DNA of 64,000 nt from a virus (taxonomy: Duplodnaviria > Caudoviricetes): IMG/VR virus record IMGVR_UViG_3300020050_012045, positions 32,001-96,000 of that record; one strand, 5' to 3'. The notes under the pieces are model-generated. The model was not told where the DNA came from and did no database searches. It worked only from the letters and a program-made list of their open reading frames with translations. Shown here one piece after another: positions 55,722-63,427 of this stretch. The position numbers were made by a program, and so were the translations under genes. Numbering within the stretch: position 1 is the first letter of the stretch; the number at the start of each line of letters is the position of its first letter.

Positions 55722-55885
55722 AGCTGACTATCCGAAACGACCAGATTGAGACGTTAGTTAATGCTTTGCTGACCGCTGCCAGTGTATTGCACGAAATGGC
55801 GGGCAGCTCGCCGGAACATAACCAAGACATTGTCGAACTAGACGAGTTGATTGAATCACTTGAAGAACAAATGGAGAACCAATAA
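55718..55885 (+). CDS. unannotated 55 aa acidic protein
   Basis: AAGGAG SD; coupled at both ends. Confidence 0.6.
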   Translation: MKLTIRNDQIETLVNALLTAASVLHEMAGSSPEHNQDIVELDELIESLEEQMENQ

Positions 55886-56142
55886 TGGCCGTAGTAGCGC
55901 TTTCCACTTTGACCCCAGGGCAAACCTTTTCACTGACCGTTCAGATGGAGACCGCTGCATTGCGGTATATGAACCGAACGGTCAACTTCATCTTGATGGG
56001 AGACCCATCAGTTGACGCTGGATACCGAGTGGTGTTCAACCAAGAGATCCAGAAGTTCCAGGACATGGACGAAACCACCTTGGTAACCGAGACCGAGTTG
56101 GTGGCTGATGTTCAGGTCGGGTACGTTACGGAGACAACATGA
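55885..56142 (+). CDS. hypothetical protein
   Basis: GGAG SD. Confidence 0.6.
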   Translation: MAVVALSTLTPGQTFSLTVQMETAALRYMNRTVNFILMGDPSVDAGYRVVFNQEIQKFQDMDETTLVTETELVADVQVGYVTETT

Positions 56143-56453
56143 GCAAACCTGATCCGAAACTAAAGACCAAGGACATTACTGAGCATAAGGTCTTGAATAG
56201 TGAGCCGATTGGCCCAGACGAAAAACCGTTCATGACCGTATATGGGCTCGCTTACTTACAGCCAGCCGGCAAGATGGTTTTGGTTGGTGAGATGCCGGTG
56301 ATCTTCAATGAGAAAGAGGCAGACCGCCTAGCTCGTGAGCTGAACAGACTAACCAGCGGTTCTCTGTTTGCGTCAGTAGCTTTGCGACTATTCCATCCAG
56401 AAAAACCAGCCAAGGCATTGACTCCCGCCAAGAAGCCCCGTAAACGTAAGTAA
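56139..56453 (+). CDS. hypothetical protein
   Basis: GGAG SD, basic tail. Confidence 0.6.
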   Translation: MSKPDPKLKTKDITEHKVLNSEPIGPDEKPFMTVYGLAYLQPAGKMVLVGEMPVIFNEKEADRLARELNRLTSGSLFASVALRLFHPEKPAKALTPAKKPRKRK

Positions 56454-56472
56454 TCCTACCATGAGGTGCTAG

Positions 56473-56643
56473 TTGGACTCCTTCGCTAACATCAAACCCG
56501 GCAGCTTGTTTTTCTACAATTCCACCCTCTGGACAAAAATTGAAGACAGTTCTGGCTGGAACGCCCAGAAACAACTGAGTTCAGGGGAGATGACCTACGC
56601 CCAGATAGAGGATGACGTTGTTGTAGATATCGTACTTGAGTGA
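56473..56643 (+). CDS. unannotated 56 aa protein
   Basis: GAGGT SD, TTG start, MDSFANIKPGSLFFYNSTLWTKI. Confidence 0.6.
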   Translation: MDSFANIKPGSLFFYNSTLWTKIEDSSGWNAQKQLSSGEMTYAQIEDDVVVDIVLE

Positions 56644-56652
56644 ATTTGGGAA

Positions 56653-56681
56653 TTGACAGCCAAGCCGAAATCCCGTACACG
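56653..56681 (+). promoter_or_regulatory. sigma70-type promoter (leaderless)
   Basis: TTGACA-17-TACACG-6-ATG(56688). Confidence 0.7.
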
Positions 56682-56687
56682 TAAGGG

Positions 56688-57059
56688 ATGAGATACGACA
56701 CAAAGAAGAAGGTTGCCGCCCAAATCAAAACCCGGTTTAGCAAGGAGGGTGGCAAGTTACTTAAGCGCTATGGTGCTGATTACCAGAGCATGTACGGCGA
56801 TCTAGCTGAACTGGAAACGTTACTTTTTAACGTTAAAAACTACCTGCTAAATGATGATGTTGCGGACGTTGGTTTTGCCTTTGTAGGCGAAGACGAGTTT
56901 GGTGAGCCAGTGGCAATTCTTCAGATCGAAGCCGTACGTGAAGCGAATGAGCGAGAAATTGCTGAATACGAAGCTAAGGAAGCGACTCGCAACAGGGAGC
57001 TTCTTGAGAAGAAAGAAGCTGAGCTGGCGTTCCTTAAAACTCAATTAGGTGTCAAATGA
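56688..57059 (+). CDS. hypothetical protein, paralog family
   Basis: EAVREANEREIAEY...KEAELAFLKTQLGVK. Confidence 0.75.
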   Translation: MRYDTKKKVAAQIKTRFSKEGGKLLKRYGADYQSMYGDLAELETLLFNVKNYLLNDDVADVGFAFVGEDEFGEPVAILQIEAVREANEREIAEYEAKEATRNRELLEKKEAELAFLKTQLGVK

Positions 57060-57443
57060 AAACCCCCCACTCCAGAAAAAATCGCCCGTGACTTTCAAAC
57101 TTGCTACAGAACCAAAACCATCTACAGTGACGCCCTAGTGAAGGTCTACGAAGCTGACTTCTATCGTACCTTTGGCAGTCTCTCCCAGATTGAGGGATTT
57201 CTGTCCTTAATTAAGGAGTTCCTAGTTGGGGAGGGGGTAGGCCTTGACACGGTTATCTGCTCAATTGACGGCGACACCATGCATGGTGACCCTGTGGGGT
57301 TGCTGTCTGTGTATGCCGAACGACCAGCCACAGAACAGGAAGTGGCTGAATATAAAACACTGCTTGAGGTGAACAAACTGGCTCGGTTAAGGGCTAAGGA
57401 AGCTGAGCTTGATGCGCTCAAGCTGGAATTGGGGATCAAATGA
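57056..57443 (+). pseudogene. paralog of 56688 gene with a +1 frameshift after the start codon (or a frameshift-expressed gene)
   Basis: ATG AAA ACC CCC C.. is out of frame by one base; similarity to the 56688 protein runs from 57060 onward. Confidence 0.6.
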
Positions 57444-58108
57444 ACGATTTTCAAGCAGTCTTGATCGGGATTGTTCTTTTAGCTATCATGGCGCTAGTTG
57501 CATGGGTAACTCGTAAAACCCAAGAGCTTCCGGTAACCAACGTCGACAGCTCGGCTAAGACAGACGACTCTAAGATAGAGGTTGGGCTTCATTACGGAGC
57601 ACACAACGTTAGTATTCCGTACCAGACAGGCAACTGGCACAAAGTTCACTTGAGAGGTGGCTTCATTCCATTCACCAGCGTCAATGGTAAGCTTGACCCA
57701 CTCGAAGACTTGCTAAAGAAGCACCAAGCGGGGTTGGCAAAAACCTCACCCTTGGACTCTAAGGTTCTCCAAACGTTTATGGAAACCAGGTCTATCCGTA
57801 AGACGTCCGAGCAGTGTCACGTTCACACTAAGAGCGTGGCCAAGGTACTCAAGGACCACAACCTGTATCATTTGGTTAGTTTTGTTGTAATGACAGAACC
57901 GATTCGCAAAGACGTCCTCAGAAGTCTGCTTGCAAACAAAGATTTGTACGATAAAATTTACGATGCGTTTTACGGTCGCGACACCAACGAGCAGGTGGCA
58001 CAGGCCATGGGTGTACCCGAATCTACGATCGAGATGGTGTGGGATGCAATGTGCGAGGATCCCGTGCCGGAGCGTGAGGCGTTTTATGCAAGAAATGGGA
58101 TTAAGTAG
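57440..58108 (+). CDS. membrane-anchored protein with HTH-like segments
   Basis: N-terminal TM helix; SIRKTSEQCHVHTKSVAKVL and TNEQVAQAMGVPESTI. Confidence 0.65.
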   Translation: MNDFQAVLIGIVLLAIMALVAWVTRKTQELPVTNVDSSAKTDDSKIEVGLHYGAHNVSIPYQTGNWHKVHLRGGFIPFTSVNGKLDPLEDLLKKHQAGLAKTSPLDSKVLQTFMETRSIRKTSEQCHVHTKSVAKVLKDHNLYHLVSFVVMTEPIRKDVLRSLLANKDLYDKIYDAFYGRDTNEQVAQAMGVPESTIEMVWDAMCEDPVPEREAFYARNGIK

Positions 58109-58140
58109 CCACTGCTGTATTAGCTGGGCGGTAAGGCAAG

Positions 58141-58629
58141 TTACTCAGCGGTATAGTTAACGTCGCCAACTGGGTTGGTTTGGACGCCAGACTCATCTTC
58201 GTAGGTCAAGCCAGTGATTTCAACAGACAGACGGCTCAAGTCGCGGACAGCGATGTTGAAGTTCTGGCTGGTAACCTTACCTTGCTTAACCGTCATGATG
58301 GATTGGCCAGGATTCTGACGGTCCATAATGACAATGGTCAGCTCGCGTTGGCCATTGATCAGGTCTTGCAACTTGGTCATACCACCAGCAGCACCGTAAG
58401 CACCGTCGTTGTATTTACGGTAACCACGCATGCTCAGCTGAACTGGGTTCATGTGCGTCAGAACGACTTCGCCGCCAGAGTGCAGACCGATGACGTATGG
58501 CACCTGAACGCCGTAGCTAACACTGACCGAGACGTCTTCAAAAATAGCCACTGGCTTGTCTGACTCCGCACCGTCCCCTTGAACGTATACGTAAGTGCGG
58601 CCACCGTGAATTGATCTAGTTCCTGCCAT
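58141..58629 (-). CDS. tail tube protein
   Basis: 162 aa directly after the sheath gene; VSVSVSYGVQVPYVIG, LTIVIMDRQ; AGGAG SD. Confidence 0.8.
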   Translation of the reverse strand: MAGTRSIHGGRTYVYVQGDGAESDKPVAIFEDVSVSVSYGVQVPYVIGLHSGGEVVLTHMNPVQLSMRGYRKYNDGAYGAAGGMTKLQDLINGQRELTIVIMDRQNPGQSIMTVKQGKVTSQNFNIAVRDLSRLSVEITGLTYEDESGVQTNPVGDVNYTAE

Positions 58630-58653
58630 TTGATTCTCCTTCTAAGCCGTGGC

Positions 58654-61488
58654 TTAGAGCGATGCCGATTGTTGGACTTCAGACACAACGAAGTCGATTT
58701 TGATGAACTTGATACCAGTTGCGAGCTTGATTTCAGCCGAGCAGAACATTGCATTGCCCTGGATGCGGACAACGATGTTTTTGTATCCAGCTGGGGCGTC
58801 ATCAGATGCCGACAGAAGCTTGATGCGCTTCATTGTATCCAGGATAGACGACAGAACGCCGATACCAGAGGCAGCTGAAACGTCAGCAAGGGAAGCGCCC
58901 TTGAAGCTCTTTTCCATACCTTGTTTAGCAGACGCCGTTACAAGGTCAGCAGCGTAGATTGCCTGGATGGAGTTGAACAGGAAGTTGTTGTCAACACCAT
59001 ACGTAGTTTGGTCAGACACCCACTCGTATCCGCCAGTGCCATCACTTGGGGCACGAGCCAGCAAGATTCCAGACTGCAACGCCACTTCAACGTCAGTGTC
59101 ATCGTTTGGATCGAACGTGCTGTCATTATACAGAACGCCCGAGGTGTTCAGGAGCTTACCAGTGATGTCACGGTAGAACCCGGCAGCTTGGGTAGCAGCA
59201 GCGTTAGTCGCCGTAGCCCAGGGCTGGAACTGGACAATGCTTCCGTCCGTAGCTGACGTTCCCTTGAAGTCTTCAATCGCCAACGAGCAGCGGAAGTTAG
59301 CCAACGTGGTTGACTTGTTTTTGGCTTCGTTAAACGTTCCACGGTACGACAAGAACGCTTGACGGTAACGACCACGCTTCAAAGCCGACATAGCGATGAC
59401 GTGTGATTTAGTCAGTGCATGCACAGAGTCAATCGTGTACGTCGAGCTTGGGTCAGTTTCAAAGTCAGCGATGTCTTCGGTTGCATCCCGGGAGAACAGT
59501 GGGATGACGAAATTGCAGCGAAGCTTTTCAGCCGAGCGCAAAGCCGCCAAAACGTTAGCGTCTGTGGTTGCTCCACGAGTTCCACCAGTCAAGAACGTCA
59601 GAATCTGAGCTTCTGGCAAACCAGTCGATGGAGCAGCTGGGGTAGTTCCAACCTGTAGAAGGACAGAACCTTCAGCCAAGGCGGCGTAGGTTGCCCGACC
59701 GTCTTTCTTAACCCGACCAGCTTTATTGGTCTGGGTGGTTGCAATCCCGTAGGTTCCCTTGTCAAGAACCAGGACGCCATCCTTATCTGGGTACAGCAAG
59801 GATTGTGCCAGCAAGTTATTGCCAGCCGCTGCGTAGTAACCAGTCTGCGAGCTGATGAACGAAGCGAGTTCGCCAACAGTCTTGTAGTTCTTAAGCGTGA
59901 TGCTCAGGTTAGCGCCAGCCCCACCCGTAACCGTGGTGGTCAGGAGAGAGTTGGTGAGCGTCATGGTTGCCGTGGTACCGAGATACCCGATGGTCAACAT
60001 GACATCACCGCCGAACGTGATTTCTTCGGTCGTACCGTTGCTCAGTTTTTGTGCAACGATCTTATCGACCTGTTCCGAAGCCGAGGTCACATACAGTGGA
60101 AGAACAGCAGCGTTAGCGGACGAGCGCAAGATAGCGTCACCGTTGGTGGTGCCGGTCAGTTCAATCGACTTGCCAACACCATCAATTGCTGGACGGCGGC
60201 AGATAAGGTCGGTCGAAGCAGCTTGAGCAGTAGCTACAAACGACACTGGAGCGGTCGTGGTGTCAAGCTTGGTCATTGCAACAGTAGTGACCGAAGAGCT
60301 GGTGACAGTGTACCAGCCAAGGTTAGCTGAACCACCGCCAACAAACGCCGAACCTGCTTGGATGTAGATTTTGTCGTTTACTTGTGGGGTAGCATCCCAG
60401 TTAACCGAACGAACCAGCGACAAGCTGTTACCGGACGCCGTACCCGTGATAGTACCGGACACAGTAGCAATGACATCGCGGAACGTTCCGGTTCTGCCGG
60501 ATAGTTGGACGCTCTTGTACACCTTGATATCGTCATGGACGGTACCAACAGCGGCAGCGGTCACGTTGACTGGAGCCGTTGGGGACTCAGACACAAGGTC
60601 ATGGACCTTGGTTGCAGAGATTGTGGTCGAGGTCGCAGCAGTCACAAGGTAGATACCAACGTTAGCTGAACCAGCACCGATCAAGACGGAAGCTTGAGCA
60701 GTTTCGTACCATTCAGCTGGGCCACCACCGTCCAAGACAGGGATAACCAGCATATCGCCAGCAGCTGGGGTATTATCCCAAGCTACCGAGCCGGTGATTA
60801 CAACGTTGTTGCCAGATGCAGTCAAAGCCAGGGTAGCTGCGTTAGCCCAGGCAGTGATAACTGCAAGTGCTTGTCCGCCGATAACTTCGATTGGGAAGTT
60901 CGACAACGCTGACATCTGAGCTGCAAACGCTGGAGGCGAAGTCAAGGATGCGATAACAGACGATACCGTTGATCCACCGTTGGTCCGCAAGCCAAGCGTA
61001 GACGATGCTGGGGTTGGGGTGTAGGTGAACGTAGACGTTGGCTGAACTTCCGAGGTCGACTCAGACATCACGAACGAAATGCCGTTACCTGGCTCGCCGT
61101 AGTTTCGGTCAGCCAAGACACCGTAGTTAGTCAACCCAGAACGAACCATGTTACCAGACGCTTTGCCTGATGGATTGGTCTTAAGGATGTACATGCCGGC
61201 TGGAGCGCCAGTAATGTCGTTCGATGCACTTGGTACACAAGCGATATTAAAGGCATCAACCAGAGCGCCTTCGCCGTACTTAGCGGCAACTTCACCAGCC
61301 TGATTTGGGCCGAAGTAAGTGTCAGCTAGGTCGGTTTCAGATGCATGGTCTGGACCTTGGGAGGACTCGCCAACCAAGACAAGGATACCCGAGGTAGCAA
61401 CACCGGATGGGGTGTTAGCAACACGGTACTGAGCAACTGCCTGAGGAATGTAAATTACGCCATTTTCAGTGGCTAGAGAAACGGCCAT
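58654..61488 (-). CDS. contractile tail sheath protein
   Basis: LVLVGESSQG, LTGGTRGAT, HVIAMS, AATQAAG-Y, SGIL, SDQTTY, IKFIKIDFVV. Confidence 0.88.
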   Translation of the reverse strand: MAVSLATENGVIYIPQAVAQYRVANTPSGVATSGILVLVGESSQGPDHASETDLADTYFGPNQAGEVAAKYGEGALVDAFNIACVPSASNDITGAPAGMYILKTNPSGKASGNMVRSGLTNYGVLADRNYGEPGNGISFVMSESTSEVQPTSTFTYTPTPASSTLGLRTNGGSTVSSVIASLTSPPAFAAQMSALSNFPIEVIGGQALAVITAWANAATLALTASGNNVVITGSVAWDNTPAAGDMLVIPVLDGGGPAEWYETAQASVLIGAGSANVGIYLVTAATSTTISATKVHDLVSESPTAPVNVTAAAVGTVHDDIKVYKSVQLSGRTGTFRDVIATVSGTITGTASGNSLSLVRSVNWDATPQVNDKIYIQAGSAFVGGGSANLGWYTVTSSSVTTVAMTKLDTTTAPVSFVATAQAASTDLICRRPAIDGVGKSIELTGTTNGDAILRSSANAAVLPLYVTSASEQVDKIVAQKLSNGTTEEITFGGDVMLTIGYLGTTATMTLTNSLLTTTVTGGAGANLSITLKNYKTVGELASFISSQTGYYAAAGNNLLAQSLLYPDKDGVLVLDKGTYGIATTQTNKAGRVKKDGRATYAALAEGSVLLQVGTTPAAPSTGLPEAQILTFLTGGTRGATTDANVLAALRSAEKLRCNFVIPLFSRDATEDIADFETDPSSTYTIDSVHALTKSHVIAMSALKRGRYRQAFLSYRGTFNEAKNKSTTLANFRCSLAIEDFKGTSATDGSIVQFQPWATATNAAATQAAGFYRDITGKLLNTSGVLYNDSTFDPNDDTDVEVALQSGILLARAPSDGTGGYEWVSDQTTYGVDNNFLFNSIQAIYAADLVTASAKQGMEKSFKGASLADVSAASGIGVLSSILDTMKRIKLLSASDDAPAGYKNIVVRIQGNAMFCSAEIKLATGIKFIKIDFVVSEVQQSASL

Positions 61489-61489
61489 G

Positions 61490-62125
61490 TTATTTCACCT
61501 TCTTTTGGAGCTTCTTGAACACGCCAACTTTTTCAGACATTGCCATTGCGCCGCCAGGGGACGGACGGCCACCAGTCGGCACTTTTCCAGCTTGAGAACT
61601 CATGTCCATCTTAGCCATTGCACCTGGGGCCTTTGGAGCCTTGGGTGCTTCTGGAGCTTTAGGTATACCGGACGTACCAGCAGCCTTAGGCATCTTAGGC
61701 TTCATTGAGCCCATTTCGTCTTTGACGACTTTTTCAACCTTGGGATCAGAACCCTGGGAAGCTGGAGACACCTTGGCTTTGTAGTCGCCCGGGAGGTTGT
61801 TTTCTGGCTTGCCCTTGGTCACGTACCGCTTTTCACGGTCGGATGGGTGCTTTTCGTCAATATAGGTTTCGGCTTTCTTGACGGCTTCGGCCTTTTTAAG
61901 GCCCAAAAGCTTAAACACCGTCTTGGACGGAGCGTGCTGACGAGTTGGATCGCCGTCCTGAACTTGTTTCTCTGACGGGGTAGACGAAGGAAGCCCGAAC
62001 ATGCCCTTAGCAAAGGACTCTTCAGCCTTTTTAAGGCGTTGGACTTCAGCGGTGCACTTTTCGATACGCTCTTGAATGCTCATCAGAGCCTCATTGAGCA
62101 CATCGAGTTTTGGTTTTGACGCCAT
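61490..62125 (-). CDS. Lys-rich low-complexity late protein (possible internal head protein)
   Basis: Repeated hydrophobic-x-K-small motifs; PKAPEAPKAPKAP; GGGAG SD. Confidence 0.6.
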   Translation of the reverse strand: MASKPKLDVLNEALMSIQERIEKCTAEVQRLKKAEESFAKGMFGLPSSTPSEKQVQDGDPTRQHAPSKTVFKLLGLKKAEAVKKAETYIDEKHPSDREKRYVTKGKPENNLPGDYKAKVSPASQGSDPKVEKVVKDEMGSMKPKMPKAAGTSGIPKAPEAPKAPKAPGAMAKMDMSSQAGKVPTGGRPSPGGAMAMSEKVGVFKKLQKKVK

Positions 62126-62149
62126 TGATAGGTCTCCCTTGTACGGGGG

Positions 62150-62157
62150 AAAGATTG
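62150..62157 (-). promoter_or_regulatory. putative late promoter CAATCTTT
   Basis: Exact octamer 24 nt upstream of ATG 62125. Confidence 0.75.
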
Positions 62158-62176
62158 TGCGAAGAAAAATGAGCTT

Positions 62177-63166
62177 TTATTCCTCTTCCCACGGGTCAAC
62201 TGACCACCCTTGATCGGCCTGTTGGTCCAGGATTTGGTTCGAGTCCACCAGCGGGGCGTCAAATGTAAGCCCAAGTCCGATCCCTTGAACAGCAGCAGAG
62301 ATCGACTTAGGCCAGTAGTACCGGACAAGCCCCGAGACGTTGATGGTGCGTTGGAAGATCCATTGGGACTGTGACGGACCCTGCATTGGCCCGCCCATTC
62401 CAGAAGAAGAGATTTGAGGAAGCTCGAATCCACGAGCTTCCAGATACTGTTGCTTGTATTTGTTCAAGCAGAACAGGACAATTTGGTGTAAAGCGATGGT
62501 TTTGACCGGATCACCCTGGGTAGAGACAACGATCTTGACCGACTCCCTGTAGGTGATGCCTTCAAGAGAGACTATATAAAGGTCAGACGCATTTACCACT
62601 TGAGCGTTAGTCAGATTCAGAACCAGGTCTTCGTCTAGCTGGAACTGTGAGTCGGACAGGACTTCCAAGATGGGGTAGTGACGGTTATTCACCTTGTCCC
62701 ACACCCGCATGCCAGGATAAATATGAGCTGTTGATTGATTTGACGGAAGCGTGATGATTCCGGTGGCTGGGTCGAAAGTCAGTGGAGTAAAGACAAGAGC
62801 TGGAGCTTGCTTAGACATGATGTTGGTCATGTCGATTCGCTCTTGGGGGATGTCGTTAGTGTCACCAGTGATTTTCTGATGTTCTGACTGGTCGCCTAGC
62901 CAGATAGTGATGTGTGGCAACTTGGCTGCGTCTGAGTTGTAGCCAGTAGTGATGGGTATTTCGTTGTTTAGGAACCAGTCTTTAAGCTCGTTAAGCTCTT
63001 TTTCTCCATAATATCGCTTAGTTAGCTCATCTGTCATCAGCCAGTTGAAGCAGAAGTCTAGGAGATACGGGTTGGCTCGGATGTCGTCGAAAGCCGCCAA
63101 TAAGCAGGTACGGACGGTAATGTCTGTTGGGTGGGAGCCGTAAGAAGAAGTTGAAATGACGGTCAT
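62177..63166 (-). CDS. putative tail terminator / tail completion protein
   Basis: LPHITIWLGDQSE, YLEARGF, IFQRTINV; upstream of the sheath gene. Confidence 0.6.
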   Translation of the reverse strand: MTVISTSSYGSHPTDITVRTCLLAAFDDIRANPYLLDFCFNWLMTDELTKRYYGEKELNELKDWFLNNEIPITTGYNSDAAKLPHITIWLGDQSEHQKITGDTNDIPQERIDMTNIMSKQAPALVFTPLTFDPATGIITLPSNQSTAHIYPGMRVWDKVNNRHYPILEVLSDSQFQLDEDLVLNLTNAQVVNASDLYIVSLEGITYRESVKIVVSTQGDPVKTIALHQIVLFCLNKYKQQYLEARGFELPQISSSGMGGPMQGPSQSQWIFQRTINVSGLVRYYWPKSISAAVQGIGLGLTFDAPLVDSNQILDQQADQGWSVDPWEEE

Positions 63167-63174
63167 CGTCTGGT

Positions 63175-63182
63175 AAAGATTG
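63175..63182 (-). promoter_or_regulatory. putative late promoter CAATCTTT
   Basis: Exact octamer 8 nt upstream of ATG 63166. Confidence 0.75.
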
Positions 63183-63187
63183 TGGTT

Positions 63188-63427
63188 ATGACGGAATCAA
63201 CAAAAGAGAACCTGATTCAGCTTGGCATATACCTCACTCTTGCCTTGGGTTTAATCCTGTGGTGGAGGTTCGATATAGACACAGATGAGAAGGTCTATCA
63301 GATTGTGTATGGTAAGGTGCTTTGTGCTCACGCTGAGGAGACTCGGTGTGGACTAACCTTGAAGAACTGTGCTGATGGTCGAGAATACAGGTGTATGCAG
63401 AATGTGTTCAGTCAGCAGCAGGATTAG
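63188..63427 (+). CDS. small membrane protein with four-Cys C-terminal domain
   Basis: TM helix then C...CGLTLKNC...YRC. Confidence 0.6.
   Translation: MTESTKENLIQLGIYLTLALGLILWWRFDIDTDEKVYQIVYGKVLCAHAEETRCGLTLKNCADGREYRCMQNVFSQQQD

Noticed and set aside
63151-63180. Plus-strand promoter TTGAAA-17/18-TAAAGAT overlapping the late motif
   Set aside because: Plausible for the 63188 gene but the -10 match is poor, so it is not listed as a feature
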